Part shown: positions 11,007 through 24,153 of the stretch, piece after piece | Numbering within the stretch: position 1 is the stretch's first letter | Layout: each line of letters starts with the position of its first letter | Source of the DNA: Octopus sinensis | Taxonomy: Eukaryota | Assembly: GCF_006345805.1 (NCBI RefSeq) | Contig: NC_043002.1 | Span: 78,678,001 to 78,742,000 of the forward strand | Direction: 5' to 3' | Length of the DNA: 64,000 nt | The notes under the pieces: model-generated | The model's input: the letters and a program-made list of their open reading frames with translations, nothing else | The model's database searches: none | What the model was told of the DNA's origin: nothing | Position numbers and translations under genes: made by a program

Positions 11007-14000
11007 AGTTAGTTAGTTAGTAGTTAGTTAGTAGTTAGCCTCCCTTGACCTCAAGTGGCCTGAACTCTTTACATGAACACCACCCTGTACTTAACTCCAT
11101 GTCCCCCTACATGGCCTTGCTGTTTGCTTTTGAGCCAAATTAACTAACTAACTAAGTACTTAAAAAAAAGTCCTGGGTCGATTTATTTGACTAAATCCCT
11201 TCAAGGTAGTGCTCCAGCATGGCTGCAGTCAAAGTAAAAGATAAAAGATTATCAATAGATAAAGTAACATACCACTAAATATTGAGTTGTTGGGATACCA
11301 CTGAGTATGGATTCATTGAGGGTTGATCAGTGTCGTTTTCTATTGCTTTCTGTATCTATGGAAGAATTTGAACTCAACTACTAGCTAACAAACATTTGTC
11401 AGCTAGACAATGCACTTAATGTTAATGAAACTATTGTGTAGTACTTATATCAGTGGATTCAAAATTAAGTGTTGTGAGTTCATGGCTGTTTCCTGCACCA
11501 GTTTCACATAGCAGCCCCAGCCCATCCAAAGTACTTTGGATTGCAGGATGGCCTGCTGTGCTTACCTTGGATTGTAGGGCAACCTGCTGTGCTTGAGGAG
11601 ACTTTTTGAGTGAAGTACATCAACATCAAAATAAAAATCAAATGGAAATTGTAATTGTGATACCCGTGCCGGTGGCATGTAAAAAGTACCATCTAAACGT
11701 GGCCAATGCCAGCGCCGCCTCGACTGGCTTCCGTGCCGGTGGCATGTAAAAAGCACCAACCGATCGTGGCCACTGCCAGACTCTCCTGGCCCCTATGCCG
11801 GTGGCACATAAAAAGCACCCACTACACTCATGGAGTGGTTGGTGTTAGAAGGACATCCAGCTACAGAAACACTGCCAGATCAAACTGGAGCCTGGTGCGG
11901 CCTCCTGGCTTCTCAGACCCCGGTTGAACCGTCCAACCCATGCTAGCGTGGAAAACAGACGTTAAATGATGATGATGATGATGATGATGATGATGTTAGG
12001 GTCAAAGCACAATACATACTGGTAATCCATTAATCTTTTTGATACCAGCCTACCTGAGATTGCCATTAGTTTTATGAAACAAACACCCCGCTTAAAAGTG
12101 ATCTAAATTAAAACCGTCCCTCAAAGTTCCATGTTAATTCATATTCTACACACCAGTTTAAAGTCATTTTAATAAGTTCTTTATTATTCTCAAACAAACG
12201 CAATGTATTTCAACAAAAATTTGGTAACAAAAGGGTTATGCTGTTGCTATCATTTCCAAGATTTTTTTAATAAACTAATATTATATAAAATATACTGAAT
12301 TTCAATTAATTCGTTAAGTTATTAGTTAAGTCCAGTTGAACTGATGAATTGATTGTTTGCCATTATATTTGTAGGAGATCTTATGGGACCAACTCTGTCT
12401 GGTCTGGAAAACCTTGTTAAAATGCCTTATGGATGTGGAGAACAAAATATGGTTGGATTTGTACCAAATATCTATGTTATGCAATATTTAAAAAATATTG
12501 ACAAAAAAGATTCCTCATTGATTCCTTTAGCCACCAAATACATGGAGAAAGGTAATTTTGTGTAAAATTTATATAAAATTAAAACAAGATTTTATTTTTC
12601 ACTATTGTATTTAGTTTATAAATTTGTTTTGAATCTTTATATAGTTCATTTAAAATTTCAATGTATATTGAATGAAAACAAAAAGTATAATTTACTTCAT
12701 AGTCTAACTGAATATAACTATTTGAATACACACATAAATAAACAGACAAAATATTGGGTCGTCCGGAAAGTTTGTGCCGATTTATAGTAGCTTACCTTTC
12801 GAATTATTTTAGAACATGGTTGAGTCCATAAAATAGGATTTGACTACACCTCCATTTAGAGCACAGTTTAAGCTATCTTTTCGTGGAAGAAAGTTTATGT
12901 TCCTATAACCTGTGTCAATTCTGTAACCCTTTAAAATGGAACACAAGAAAGTTCATTTTTGGCACTTGATGCTTTTCTTTTTCTGTAAAGAAAAAAATGC
13001 CTCACAAGCAACCAAAGAAATATACGCAGTTTATGGTGATGTTTCTTTATCTGAAAGAACTGTATGGAAGTGGTTCACAAGGTTACAAGCTGGAGATTGT
13101 AGCCTTATTGATAAAGAGCGATCAGGCAGACCATCAACTACAGATGATAACCAAATCAAGTCATTAATTGAGAGTAACCCACATTGCACAACCCGAGAAT
13201 TGGCAGAAAGCCTCAACCTATCAAAATCTGTCATTCATGAACACCTGGTAAAGCTTGGGTAGACAAATTGCTACAATGTTTGGGTACCACATGAGTTGAG
13301 TGAGAAGAACCTTTTGGATCACATTTCCATCTGTGATTCGCTTTATAAGCGGAATGAAAACGCGCCTTTTTTAAAGCAAATTGTGACAGGTGATGAGAAA
13401 TGGATTATCTACCGAAATGTTCAGAGAAAGCGATCCTGGAGTAAGCGACATGAGCCAGCCTTAGCCTCCCCAAAAGCGGGTCTTCACCCTAAAAAATCTT
13501 GCTTTGTGTCTGGTGGGATTGGAAAAGAATTTTGTACTATGAGCTTCTCCCAAGTAACCAGACAATTAATTCTGAGAAATACTGCACACAATTGGACAAG
13601 CAGCAATTCAAGAGAAACGTCCAGATTTGGCCAACAGGAAGGGTATTGTTTTCCAACATGATAATGCAAGACCGCACGTTTCTTTGGGAACCAGACAAAA
13701 ATAACCACAGCTCGGCTGGGATGTATTACCCCACACTCCATATTCACCAGATATTGCTCGTTCGGATTTCCATCTATTCAGATCTCTGCAGAATAGTCTC
13801 AAGAGTAAAAATTTCAATTCCTTGGATGACGTAAAAAGATACCTTGATGATTTCTTTGCCATGAAACCACCTCAATTCTGGGAAGAGGGTATTTTCGAGT
13901 TAAAGGAAAGATGGAGGCGCATTGTGCAACAAAATGGTTCATATCTGGTTGATTAAAAATGTAATGGCAAGTATTTATTGACCTTTTTCTTTCCTTTAAA

Positions 14001-17000
14001 AATCAGCTTGAACTTTCCGGACAACCCAATATATACTCACACATAAAGGTAGTTACATAATGTGGAATGCATATATATGTATACACACACACATACATTC
14101 ATACATAAACACACACACATACATACATACATACACACATACATACATACATACATACATACATACATACATACATACATACAAACACACACACACACAT
14201 ACATACATTCATTCATTCATTTGAAAAGACCCATCAATCCAAGTGAAATCATAGTCATGGCTGATGCTGGTATCTATGTTATACAATATTTAAAAAATAT
14301 TGACAAAAAAGATCCTCCATTGATTCCTTTAGCCAGTGGCATGTAAAAAGCACCTTTCAAGTGTTGGGCCTCATTGAGGCAAAGTGGCCGATGCTGTTGA
14401 CACGTGAAAGCTCCTTTTGAGTACTGGGCCTTGTGGAAGCAATGACTAATGACCAAAATCTTTTGCATTAGGTTGTGCTTGAGAAGAAGACCCATCAAGC
14501 CAAGTAAATTCGCAGTTGTGGCAGATACTGGTGTCACACAAACGGGACCTGTGCTGGTGCATGTAAAAGCACTCAATACACTCTAGGAGTGGCTGACGTT
14601 AGGAAGGGCATCAAGCTGTAGAAACCAGGCCAAATCAGTCTGGAGTCTGGTGCAGCCTTCCAGCTTGCCAGTTCTGGTCAAATAGTCCAACCCATGCCAG
14701 CATGGACAATCGGCATTAAATGATGATGATGATGATATGCTACGGATCATGATATGTGGGGCAATAAAAATTTCCAAGACTTGCTTCAAATTTACAGGAT
14801 TAATGGGGGTGCAATATATAACAAATATAAGACCAACGTCCTCCTCCAACCTAGTCCATGTGGCTCATTTCCTCCCTCTCTCTAAGCCCATACATTAACC
14901 TCTTTACTCTTTTACTTGTTTCAGTCATTTGACTGTGGCCATGCTGGAGCATCGCCTTTAGTCGAGCAAATCAACCCCGGGACTTATTCTTTGTAAGCCC
15001 AGTACTTATTCTATTGGTCTCTCTTGCCGAACCGCTAAGTGACGGGGACGTAAACACACCAGCATCGGTTGTCAACCAATGCTAGAGGGACAAACACAGA
15101 CACACAAACATATACACACACATACATATATACATACGACAGGCTTCTTTCAGTTTCCGTCTACCAAATCCACTCACAAGGCTTTGGTCAGCCCGAGGCT
15201 ATAGCAGAAGACACTTGCCCAAGATGCCACGCAGTGGGACTGAACCCGGAACCATGTGGCTGGTTAGCAAGCTACTTTATTTCATTTAATTTGCCACAAG
15301 GGCAGTACACAGATAGTAGCTACGGGCTGGACATAGACATTAATGAATGATGGTGATGGAATGAAGATGGTGATGGGAGAAGACGAAAGCGCCCGCCGAC
15401 CCCCGCTTCTCTAAAACAATGTTCTTTTTTCAATAATTTTACAAAATTTTCAAAATTTCACAAAAATACAAAAATTTCACAAAAATTCCAAATTTTACAA
15501 ACCACAATTTCAAAAGTTTTTCCAGAGGCAATAAACCTCCATCACAATATAACACAAATACGGGTTCACGTTACCCGACCGATGAACGCTCTTGCTTTAT
15601 TGACGCAATCGTTCGTCGTCAGGCCCCCGCATACAGGTATAATTTGATAGGAGTCCTCCGGGAAAGACTTCTCGAACCTGCACCGATCGTCATGGAGTAG
15701 GACCTCCGCAGCCAGCTGCGAAGGCCACCCAGGACACTCCATGCAGGACCGAAGTCCCTCCCATTGGTTTCTCTTCCTCATTTTACCCATTTCATCTTCT
15801 ATTGTTCCTCCCTTGTAGAAGAGGACCACATAATATTTCTCCGGCCACACAACCACAAACGGCGGAGGAGACATTGGAGACGCCGTCTGCGTGTTACAAT
15901 CCGCTGGCGGCGTTCCGTTTCTCTTCTTTCTTTTTTTCTTTTTACCGTGGGCCACGGGAGGTTGAGGTTCCGGTGTTGCACACGCCGGATCCACTCTGTC
16001 TCCCGTAGCTTCCTGGTCTTTTAGTGGGTCACCATTGTTCCCCACTTTTCGTTTTCTTGTTGAGGAAGTCTCCGCTTCCTCGTTCTGTTTCTCTCCCTCT
16101 ATTGGTGGGGCAGGGAGAGGATCCGATATCAACTTCTCCAGGATCCTACTTTGGTCCCTGGGACATTTCTTCTTAATGTGGCCGGTCTCCGAACACAGGT
16201 GACACTTGGGGGCGCGTCCCTCTAGCATCACCGGATACTTGGACCCGGCCATCTTCAGGAAGTCCGGCAAAACCAGACTCTTGGCCGACTGGGTCCACAG
16301 AGTCAAAGTAGCCTTTCCTCCTTCCCAGTTAGCCGCAGGCTGCATTTTCACATTCAGGATCTTGGCGCTACCACCACTCAGACCCCGGCGGATGGAATCT
16401 TCCACCCACTCGGGCTCAAAGCCGGGCGGCAGGCCACAGACCCATAAACGTAACAATTTTTCCCCCTTGTAACTGGGGAGAAACAGAATCTCATCGCCCT
16501 CAATGGGCTGGCTTGCAAATTTGCAAGCTGCTTCAGCGGAGTCAAATAGCAACCATACCGTTGCGTATTTGACTCCCCATTGAATATGTTTAACGGCTGG
16601 CATATAGTCTGCCAGCTCGTTCACAATGATGTCTCTCGGAAAAACCATTATGGTGTCGAGTGACTTTGAATATGTCCTCAACACCACGGTCTTTTCCTCG
16701 ATTTCGTGCAAATATTTTTTGGGAGGTGTTAATTCCCATACAGTGAAATTCTTTGCCTTTGCCATAACGTAAAATACAACAGTTCAAAATGATAAACTAA
16801 AATTAGCCACAGAAAGGAGAATGAAAAAATGCAACAGAAGGGAAGAAATAAAATTGAAAATGGCAGTTCAAAAAAGTTTTTACAAATAAATAATAGACAG
16901 AGAAAGAGAGTTCAATTCAGACAAAGGAATTCAGTTCTTTTTTTTTTCCACTTCTTCGGCCAAAAATTGTAATCCAGGCCAAATGCACTGTTGGTAAAAC

Positions 17001-20000
17001 CCTTGGTAAATAATCCTTGGTAATCCGTGGACAACACAACGACAATTTCAACAATAATTTTTCCAGACGGACTATGCCGCTTCAAAAATACAATTTCTTT
17101 TCACTCGACACAGGCAGAAAAATTATATCTGGAGCAAAGTGGAGCCTTATTATTTGCTAAAAAATATTAAATGCTAAAAAACATTCATGCAAGTAATAAA
17201 ACTTCACTAAACTCGCAAAAACATAAAACGCCTACCCGTAGTCGATTCGAACGTTCAACAATTCACGTTGAAACAACGCGACATCAATACAATTTTCTTT
17301 CCACTCGACACAGGCAGAAAAATTATATCCGGAGCAAAGTGGAGCCTTATTATCTGCTAAAAATATTAAATGCTAAAAAAACATTCATGCAAGTAATAAA
17401 ACTTCACTAAACTCGCAAAAACACAAAACGCCTACCCGTAGTCGATTCGAACGTTCAATATTTCACGTTGAAACAACGCGACATCAATACAATTTTCTTT
17501 CCACTCGACACAGGCAGAAAAATTATATCTGGAGCAAAGTGGAGCCCTATTATCTGCTAAAAAATATTAAATGCTAAAAAAACATTAATGCAAGTAATAA
17601 AACTTCACTTCGCTCGCAAAAATACAAAATTCCTACCTTTAGTCGAGTCGAAAGTTCAACAATTCACGTTGAAACAACGTTCATCTGGAGCAGCAAAAAA
17701 ACACGTCCGAACAGTTCAGAGGTTAGCGAGCTACTTACCACACAGCCACTCCTGCGCCTATTTCACTTAATTATATATTTTTCCTTTGAAATTCCTTTCC
17801 TGTTCTTATTTTCCTGGTAGACGTGGTCTAGTCCAAACTTAGCATAACTGTATAAAAATCGATCTCATCACAGAAATTCTACAACAATTATGGGAACAGC
17901 TTTCTTCCTCTTCATTTAAACTATTAAAATAGAGAAATAGAAGAGAGAAAGAAGCACTGAATTAGTTCAGAGAGTTTCTATGATCATAATTTCAATCATC
18001 CAAACAACAATTTGTGAAATCTCAGGTTTATAAGTCTTCTATAACTTATATAATTATTTGAGTCAAAATTGCATGAAAAAAATTAACACAACACAGTCCA
18101 TCTACCCTATGTAAAAAATTACAATTCTTAGTCATTACTTTAAGTTACAATATCAATACAAATTTGTCATTCCATTTATTTAAAGATATTTAATTTACCT
18201 TGTGAAATTATTTCATTTAAAGGTTACCAAAGAGAATTACAGTATCAACATGAAGATGGAACTTTTAGTGCATTTGGCAAAAATGACAAACAAGGAAGCA
18301 CTTGGCTCACTGCATTTGTCTTGAAATCTTTTGCCCAGGCCAAAGATTTTATATTCATAGATGAATCAATAATTTCAAATATTATGTTCTGGTTTCACAT
18401 CAACCAAATGGAAAATGGTTGTTTTCATGAATTCGGTAAAGTCTGGAGTAGTTATCTGAAAGGTGGATTACAGAGTAATGGTGACATTCCATTGACAGCA
18501 TATTCTGTAATTGCAATTCTCGCGACTTATGCTCCAAATCATGTATGTATTTTACTGTTTCATAATAATTTGATAGGCTCTTTTCAGTTACATTTATGAA
18601 TTTGTGTAGCAAGATTCCTGATGTGAAGTCATGTGTTGAAGCAGATATTGTAGTATTTCAGGATGGTCATTTTTGTTTGCCAAATAAACACACACACTAA
18701 ATATTCGTTCTTCACTCATTTATTACTGTTCTTATTCTAATTCATGTGCATTGTCTGGAAATCTTCTGTCACAAATCTGTGACCTCCTCAATGGCACTTT
18801 CCATCTTCATATGTGCTCTTGCTCTGCTTATTCCATTCTATTCTTCTATGATGTGTTATAGAAGAACAGATTGGAATAAGCAGAGCAAGAGTACACACGA
18901 AGATGGAAAGTGTTGTTGAGGAGGTCACAGATGTGTGACAGAAAATTTCTGGACAATGGACATGAGTTAGAATAAACGAATGAAGAATGAATATATAGTG
19001 TGTGCTTTTATTTGGCATTAAAAAAAAAGTCACAATATTTTTTCAGTTGCTCGTCACAAATTTCGTATTTTTTCAATTTTGTTCCAATTGTTTTCAAATT
19101 TGGTTATACCAGTTTAGTTTTGTACGCTAATTATGAGAGCTCACTCAAAAAAGTACCTTTGGATTGTAGGACGACATGCTGTGTTTGAGGAGACCTATTG
19201 AGTCAAGTACATCAACATCAAAATCAAATCAAACCACAATCAAATGGAAATTATAGTTGTGGCTTGTACCAGTGCCACCTGACTGGCTCCCCGTGCTAGT
19301 GGTATGTAAAAAGCACCATCCAAATCTGGTCGATGCCAGCCCCCTCACCCTGACTGGCTCCTGTGCTAGTGGCATGAAAAAGCACCATCTGAACATGGCT
19401 GATGCCAGTGCTGCCTTGACTGGCCCCGTGCCGGTGGCATGTAAAAGCACCATCCAAATGTGGTCGATGCCAGCCTCCTCTGACCCCTGTGCTGGTGGCA
19501 CGTAAAAAGTACCCACTACACTCTTGGAGTGGTTGGCATTAGGAAGGGCATCCAGCTGTAGAAACCAGATCAAATTGGAGCCTGGTGCAGCCTCCTGGCT
19601 TCCCTGACCCCAGTCAAACCGTCCAACCCATGCCAGCATGGAAAACGGACGTTAAACAATGATGATGATGATGATGATGATGAAATTTATTTTTGTCATA
19701 AATTAATAAATAAAAAATCAATAGCTTTTAAAGTTTTCAAATTTTGGGTAATTTTAGCCAATTGAAAACCACCATTATACATATAACTATAAAACCCACA
19801 TTGGCATCTGTCTCCATGGTAACAGGCAAAGCTTTAGTCTGCCCCCTTTTCATTGTAGCAAGGATGCTGTATTTGTACGACTGTGATAATTTCACTACAA
19901 CCCCCACCACCACCACCACTGAATTTTTCTGGGAATCCCAAATTCAGATGATTCAATGAAAAATTACACTAATACACCAAATTTGAAGATTTTCACTTAA

Positions 20001-23000
20001 TTTTAAAATTCCCAAATCTGTGACAGCAACTGAAAAGATTCATTGCATAAATTGATTAGATATAGCCATGTGTGTGTGTGTGTGTGTGTTCTTTTTCTCT
20101 CTCACTTTTCTTATCTTTTTATCTCTATCTCTAGGGCATTTTTTTATAACTTCTGGTCACTGGTAAAGGTGCTCCTCATTGGTTGTTAGTAGAGGCGCTT
20201 CTTATTGGTAAAGGCAGTCACATGATATTAAAATTGTGAGCTCCAAGTTGGGTTACTAAAATGTAAAGAAGACAATCCAGCCAAAGTATAAGCTCATCAA
20301 CAAGGCAGACCACTTTGAATGTCTTGTATGGCTTGCAATTGAAAATTTTATGAATTTGTATCACTTGACACAGAACATTCTGCCAGCAGAAAATTCTCCA
20401 GAAGAAATATCTGCTTATGACAATAATTAGATGATATCTCAGACTTTTTAATTAAGGCTAACAGTGGTATTGCAACTAATTTTATCTCATTTCATCATAC
20501 TTCTAATCTTTAGGACAATGGCACCGAGAATGTACTTACTAGCTATGCACAATTTGATTTTGGAGAGATTAATTAATCTCCATTTGAAGCTGGTACTTCA
20601 GAGTGATTTAAGGAAGCTGTGGAGTAAGGTAATCCACACAGTCTTCTGTTTTTTGTAGGGTGGCAAGTTTCTTAATAGACATATAATTAAGTGTGCAATG
20701 AAAGAAACTAAAACTTCTTAGATTTTGGAAGAGTTAATAGTCCTTATTTACAGGTTGACTTAGCTCCTGGATCATTCAGGTAACAGAAAGGACATCGGCT
20801 AAAGAAAATATGCCTGAATAAATTTCATGTGACCCATACAAACATGGAAATGTAGGTGTTAAACTATGATGGTTACAGCTTTTGTGAATTTATTCTTTTT
20901 ATATTTTTCTGACTTCATGTTTGTTTTATAGAATTTAACTTCAATGGATATTATAAACAATGCTATGGCATGTTTATCAAAAGCTGAAGTGAATGATACA
21001 TACACATTAGCTTTAATGCATTATGCTTTTGTACTGTCTGGAAGTAATGATGAAAAGAAGAATGCTTTAAGAGAAGAATTGATGAATCGAGTTATACGTG
21101 ATGGTAAGAAACAATATAAGATGCCTTATATTATTATTTGAAAGAATTGTTAGAGAACTGAACAAGATACCTTGTGGTGTTTATTCTAGTATTTTATGAT
21201 CTGAGTCCAAATCCTGTTGATATCAATTTTGATTTTATTATTTGGAGTTTCATAAAATAAAATCCCAGTCAAATATAATGGGGAGAGACATAGGGTCAAT
21301 AAGATATCCAAAATTTCTTCTAATCCTTCTGTTGAAACTTTTCATTTTTCTCAGGTAGAATATTAGTCCTAAAATGTCAGATTTTCCCTATCAATGCATA
21401 CAAGCTAATACAAATGCACACATTTTATCTTCAATTGCTTAGTTGAGAACAATGACCTCTCACATTTGCAATGTCTGCTTATTATTTTTCAGAAAGGAAC
21501 AAAGGAAAAAATTGAATTTTGATTTTTTTTTTGTAACTTTCTAATGGGACCCTAACTGTATTTAATAGAAGTTCTGAAGGCAATAAAACAAATTTCAGTG
21601 CCAAAACGATCTTTAGCAATCAAAAAAGTGCTAGTAGTTCTAAGAAACCTTTCCTAGCTCTGCTTTTATTTTATCTTCTTTTAATACAATTCTATATTTG
21701 TGAGATGAGGAATTTATATTCTGTATAGTGTTTATACTATTTGGGCTGGTGTTTTCGTATTGATTGTTGTTTTAATTATGTTTTGGCTATTGTCCACTCC
21801 AGCCCTTGTGTTGAACTTGATTGTTGTATTGAGCATAGTGTAGTAGATAAAGACATTGGTTAATGCAGTGCAGACACTTAAAGGTTCTGAATTCAAAATC
21901 CCAGGCAACACACTAAGGTAATTCACAAAAATCAACTAAAGCAAAAAATGTCATGAAACACAGGGAGTAGAATCAGAACAGTGTATCCCCTTGGATCAAA
22001 TAAAGGGTTAGGTTTGAAATACTGATACAACAGAGTTTAATGTAAGACACCCGAAGAAGGCTGGAGCATACAACATCCAAACGGTAGTGGCAGTAACAAT
22101 CAAGATGTGGACTCCAGTCCAACTAATATAAACAGTAAACACAATATCTTCTTTTAGTTTTATTTTGTTTTTTTACCTTTTTTGGCTGACATTTAAAAAA
22201 AAATTATCTTTTGAAATTTTTCCTTAATTAATTATTTTTTCCTAATTTAAACAATTTTTTTTTGTTGTTTTCTTATTTCATCATACTTCTACGACTAAAT
22301 TAATTTCATAGATGGAAACATGTATTGGACCAGAGACAACAAAAAACTTGAACCTAAAGAAACTGATCCTTGGTTACTCTATGGACAAGCTTCCTCTGCT
22401 GAAGTGGAGATCACATCATATGTTTTATTGGGTATTTTGGAAGATGAAGGTATGAGTGCAGTGGCCCATACCTTACCAGTTATACAGTGGCTTACAAAAC
22501 AAAGGAATCCATATGGAGGTTTCACCTCAACACAAGTAAAGTCACATTTCATTTCTTTGTTATTTTGTTGTACCTTGAAAGGATCATTATTGCAATAATA
22601 ACACTTGCATTGGTTCTATTTCACTTCTTATTTTTTATTTGGCAATCTGCAAACTATTAAGCCAATGAACTAATTGTTTGATTAATCCTTCAGTTAATCA
22701 GTCAGTTAGCTAGGTTTCTTAAAGTCCTTTCATTGCCGTTATCAACATCATCAAGGACATGCTCTCTCTCCTGCAGGTTGCCTCTTCCTTCTTCCTTCTT
22801 CCTTCTCTTCCTCTTCCTTTTCCTTCTCTTCCTCTTCCTTTTCCTTCTCTTCCTCTTCCTTTTCCTCCTCTTCCTTTTCCTCCTTTCCCTTTTCCTCCTC
22901 TTCCTCTTCCTTTTCCTCCTCTTCCTTTTTCCTCCTCTTCCTTTTTCCTCCTCTTCCTTTTTCCTCCTCTTCCTTTTTCCTCCTCTTCCTTTTTCCTCCT

Positions 23001-24122
23001 CCTCCTCCTCTTTCCTCCTCCTCCTCTTTCCTTTTCCTCCTCTCCCTCCCCTCCCCTCCTCTTCCTCCCTCCTCCAGCATCATCATCATTGTTTAACATC
23101 CATTTTCCATGCTGGTATGAGTTGGATGGTTTGACAGGAGCTGACCAGGCTCCAATTGTCTGTTTTGGCATGGTTTCTATAGCTGGATACCCTTCCTAAC
23201 ACTAACCATATTACAAAGTGTACTGGGTGCTTGAGCAATGCCATTTTGGGACTGTTCTCCCAAATACAAGCAGCACAGGTGTGCCCCACCCACCTCTAGT
23301 CTTACCAGGGATCCACACTCACCTGCACAAATGAGGAAGTGATGGGCACCTCTTGCAGCAGGTATTCAGAAAGCTTCATACAAATGCTGATACGTGTTAT
23401 CATTCCCTCATGGAATTTTTCATAGAGTGAGTTGCATTTCTTGCCAATGGCCAGGCATAGAATGCAACACATAATAAAGGCATCAATAATCAAGCAATGC
23501 CTGTGCTTGAAGCCTTTTAAAGAGAGGAAATGCCTTGCACAGGGCCAATTCTACTCTCTAAGAATGTATCCATTTGCCCCAAAAGTACTGGTCTGCATCA
23601 TAAGATATAAAGGAAGTCACATACATGCATATATACACACATGCATGCATACATACATACATATATACATACATACATACATACATACATACATACGCGT
23701 AGGAGTGGCTGTGTGGTAAGTAGCTTGCTTACCAACCACATGGTTCCAAGTTCAGTCCCACTGCATGGTACCTTGGGCAAGTGTCTTCTACTATAGCTGC
23801 GGGCCGACAAAAGCCTTGTGTGGGAAAGTGAAAGAAGCCCATCGTATATATGGATATATATGTATGTGTGTGTATATGTTTGTGTGTGTGTGTTTGTCCC
23901 CCCAACGTCGCTTGACAACCAATGCTGGTGTGTTTACGTCTCAGTAACTTAGCAGTTCAGCTAAAGAGACTGATAGAATAAGTACTAGGCTTACAAAGAA
24001 CAAGTCCTGGGGTCAATTTGCTTGACTAAAGGCGGTGCTCCAGCATGGCCACAGTGAAATGACTGAAACAAGTAAATGAGTAAAAGAGTATACATACATA
24101 CATACATACATACATAAATACA

Positions 24123-24153
<31 letters not shown>

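Larger units (their letters stand above)
15278..17720 (-). mobile_element. ORF1-only non-LTR retroelement (HAL1-like / Tx1-L1-type gag), 2443 bp
   Basis: 16-bp TSD (15262-15277, 17721-17736), intact ORF, 200-bp monomer 5' array, AATAAA at the 3' end, no endonuclease or RT. Confidence 0.8.
14905..17760 (-). mobile_element. SINE family 1 copy split by an insertion (SINE parts about 14905-15277 and 17721-17760)
   Basis: Body ends ...GGTTAGCAAGCTACTT; head resumes GGTTAGCGAGCTACTTACCACACAGCCACTCC. Confidence 0.85.

Noticed and set aside
13260-13262. Programmed read-through of the mariner TAG
   Set aside because: Additional frameshifts show ordinary pseudogenisation.
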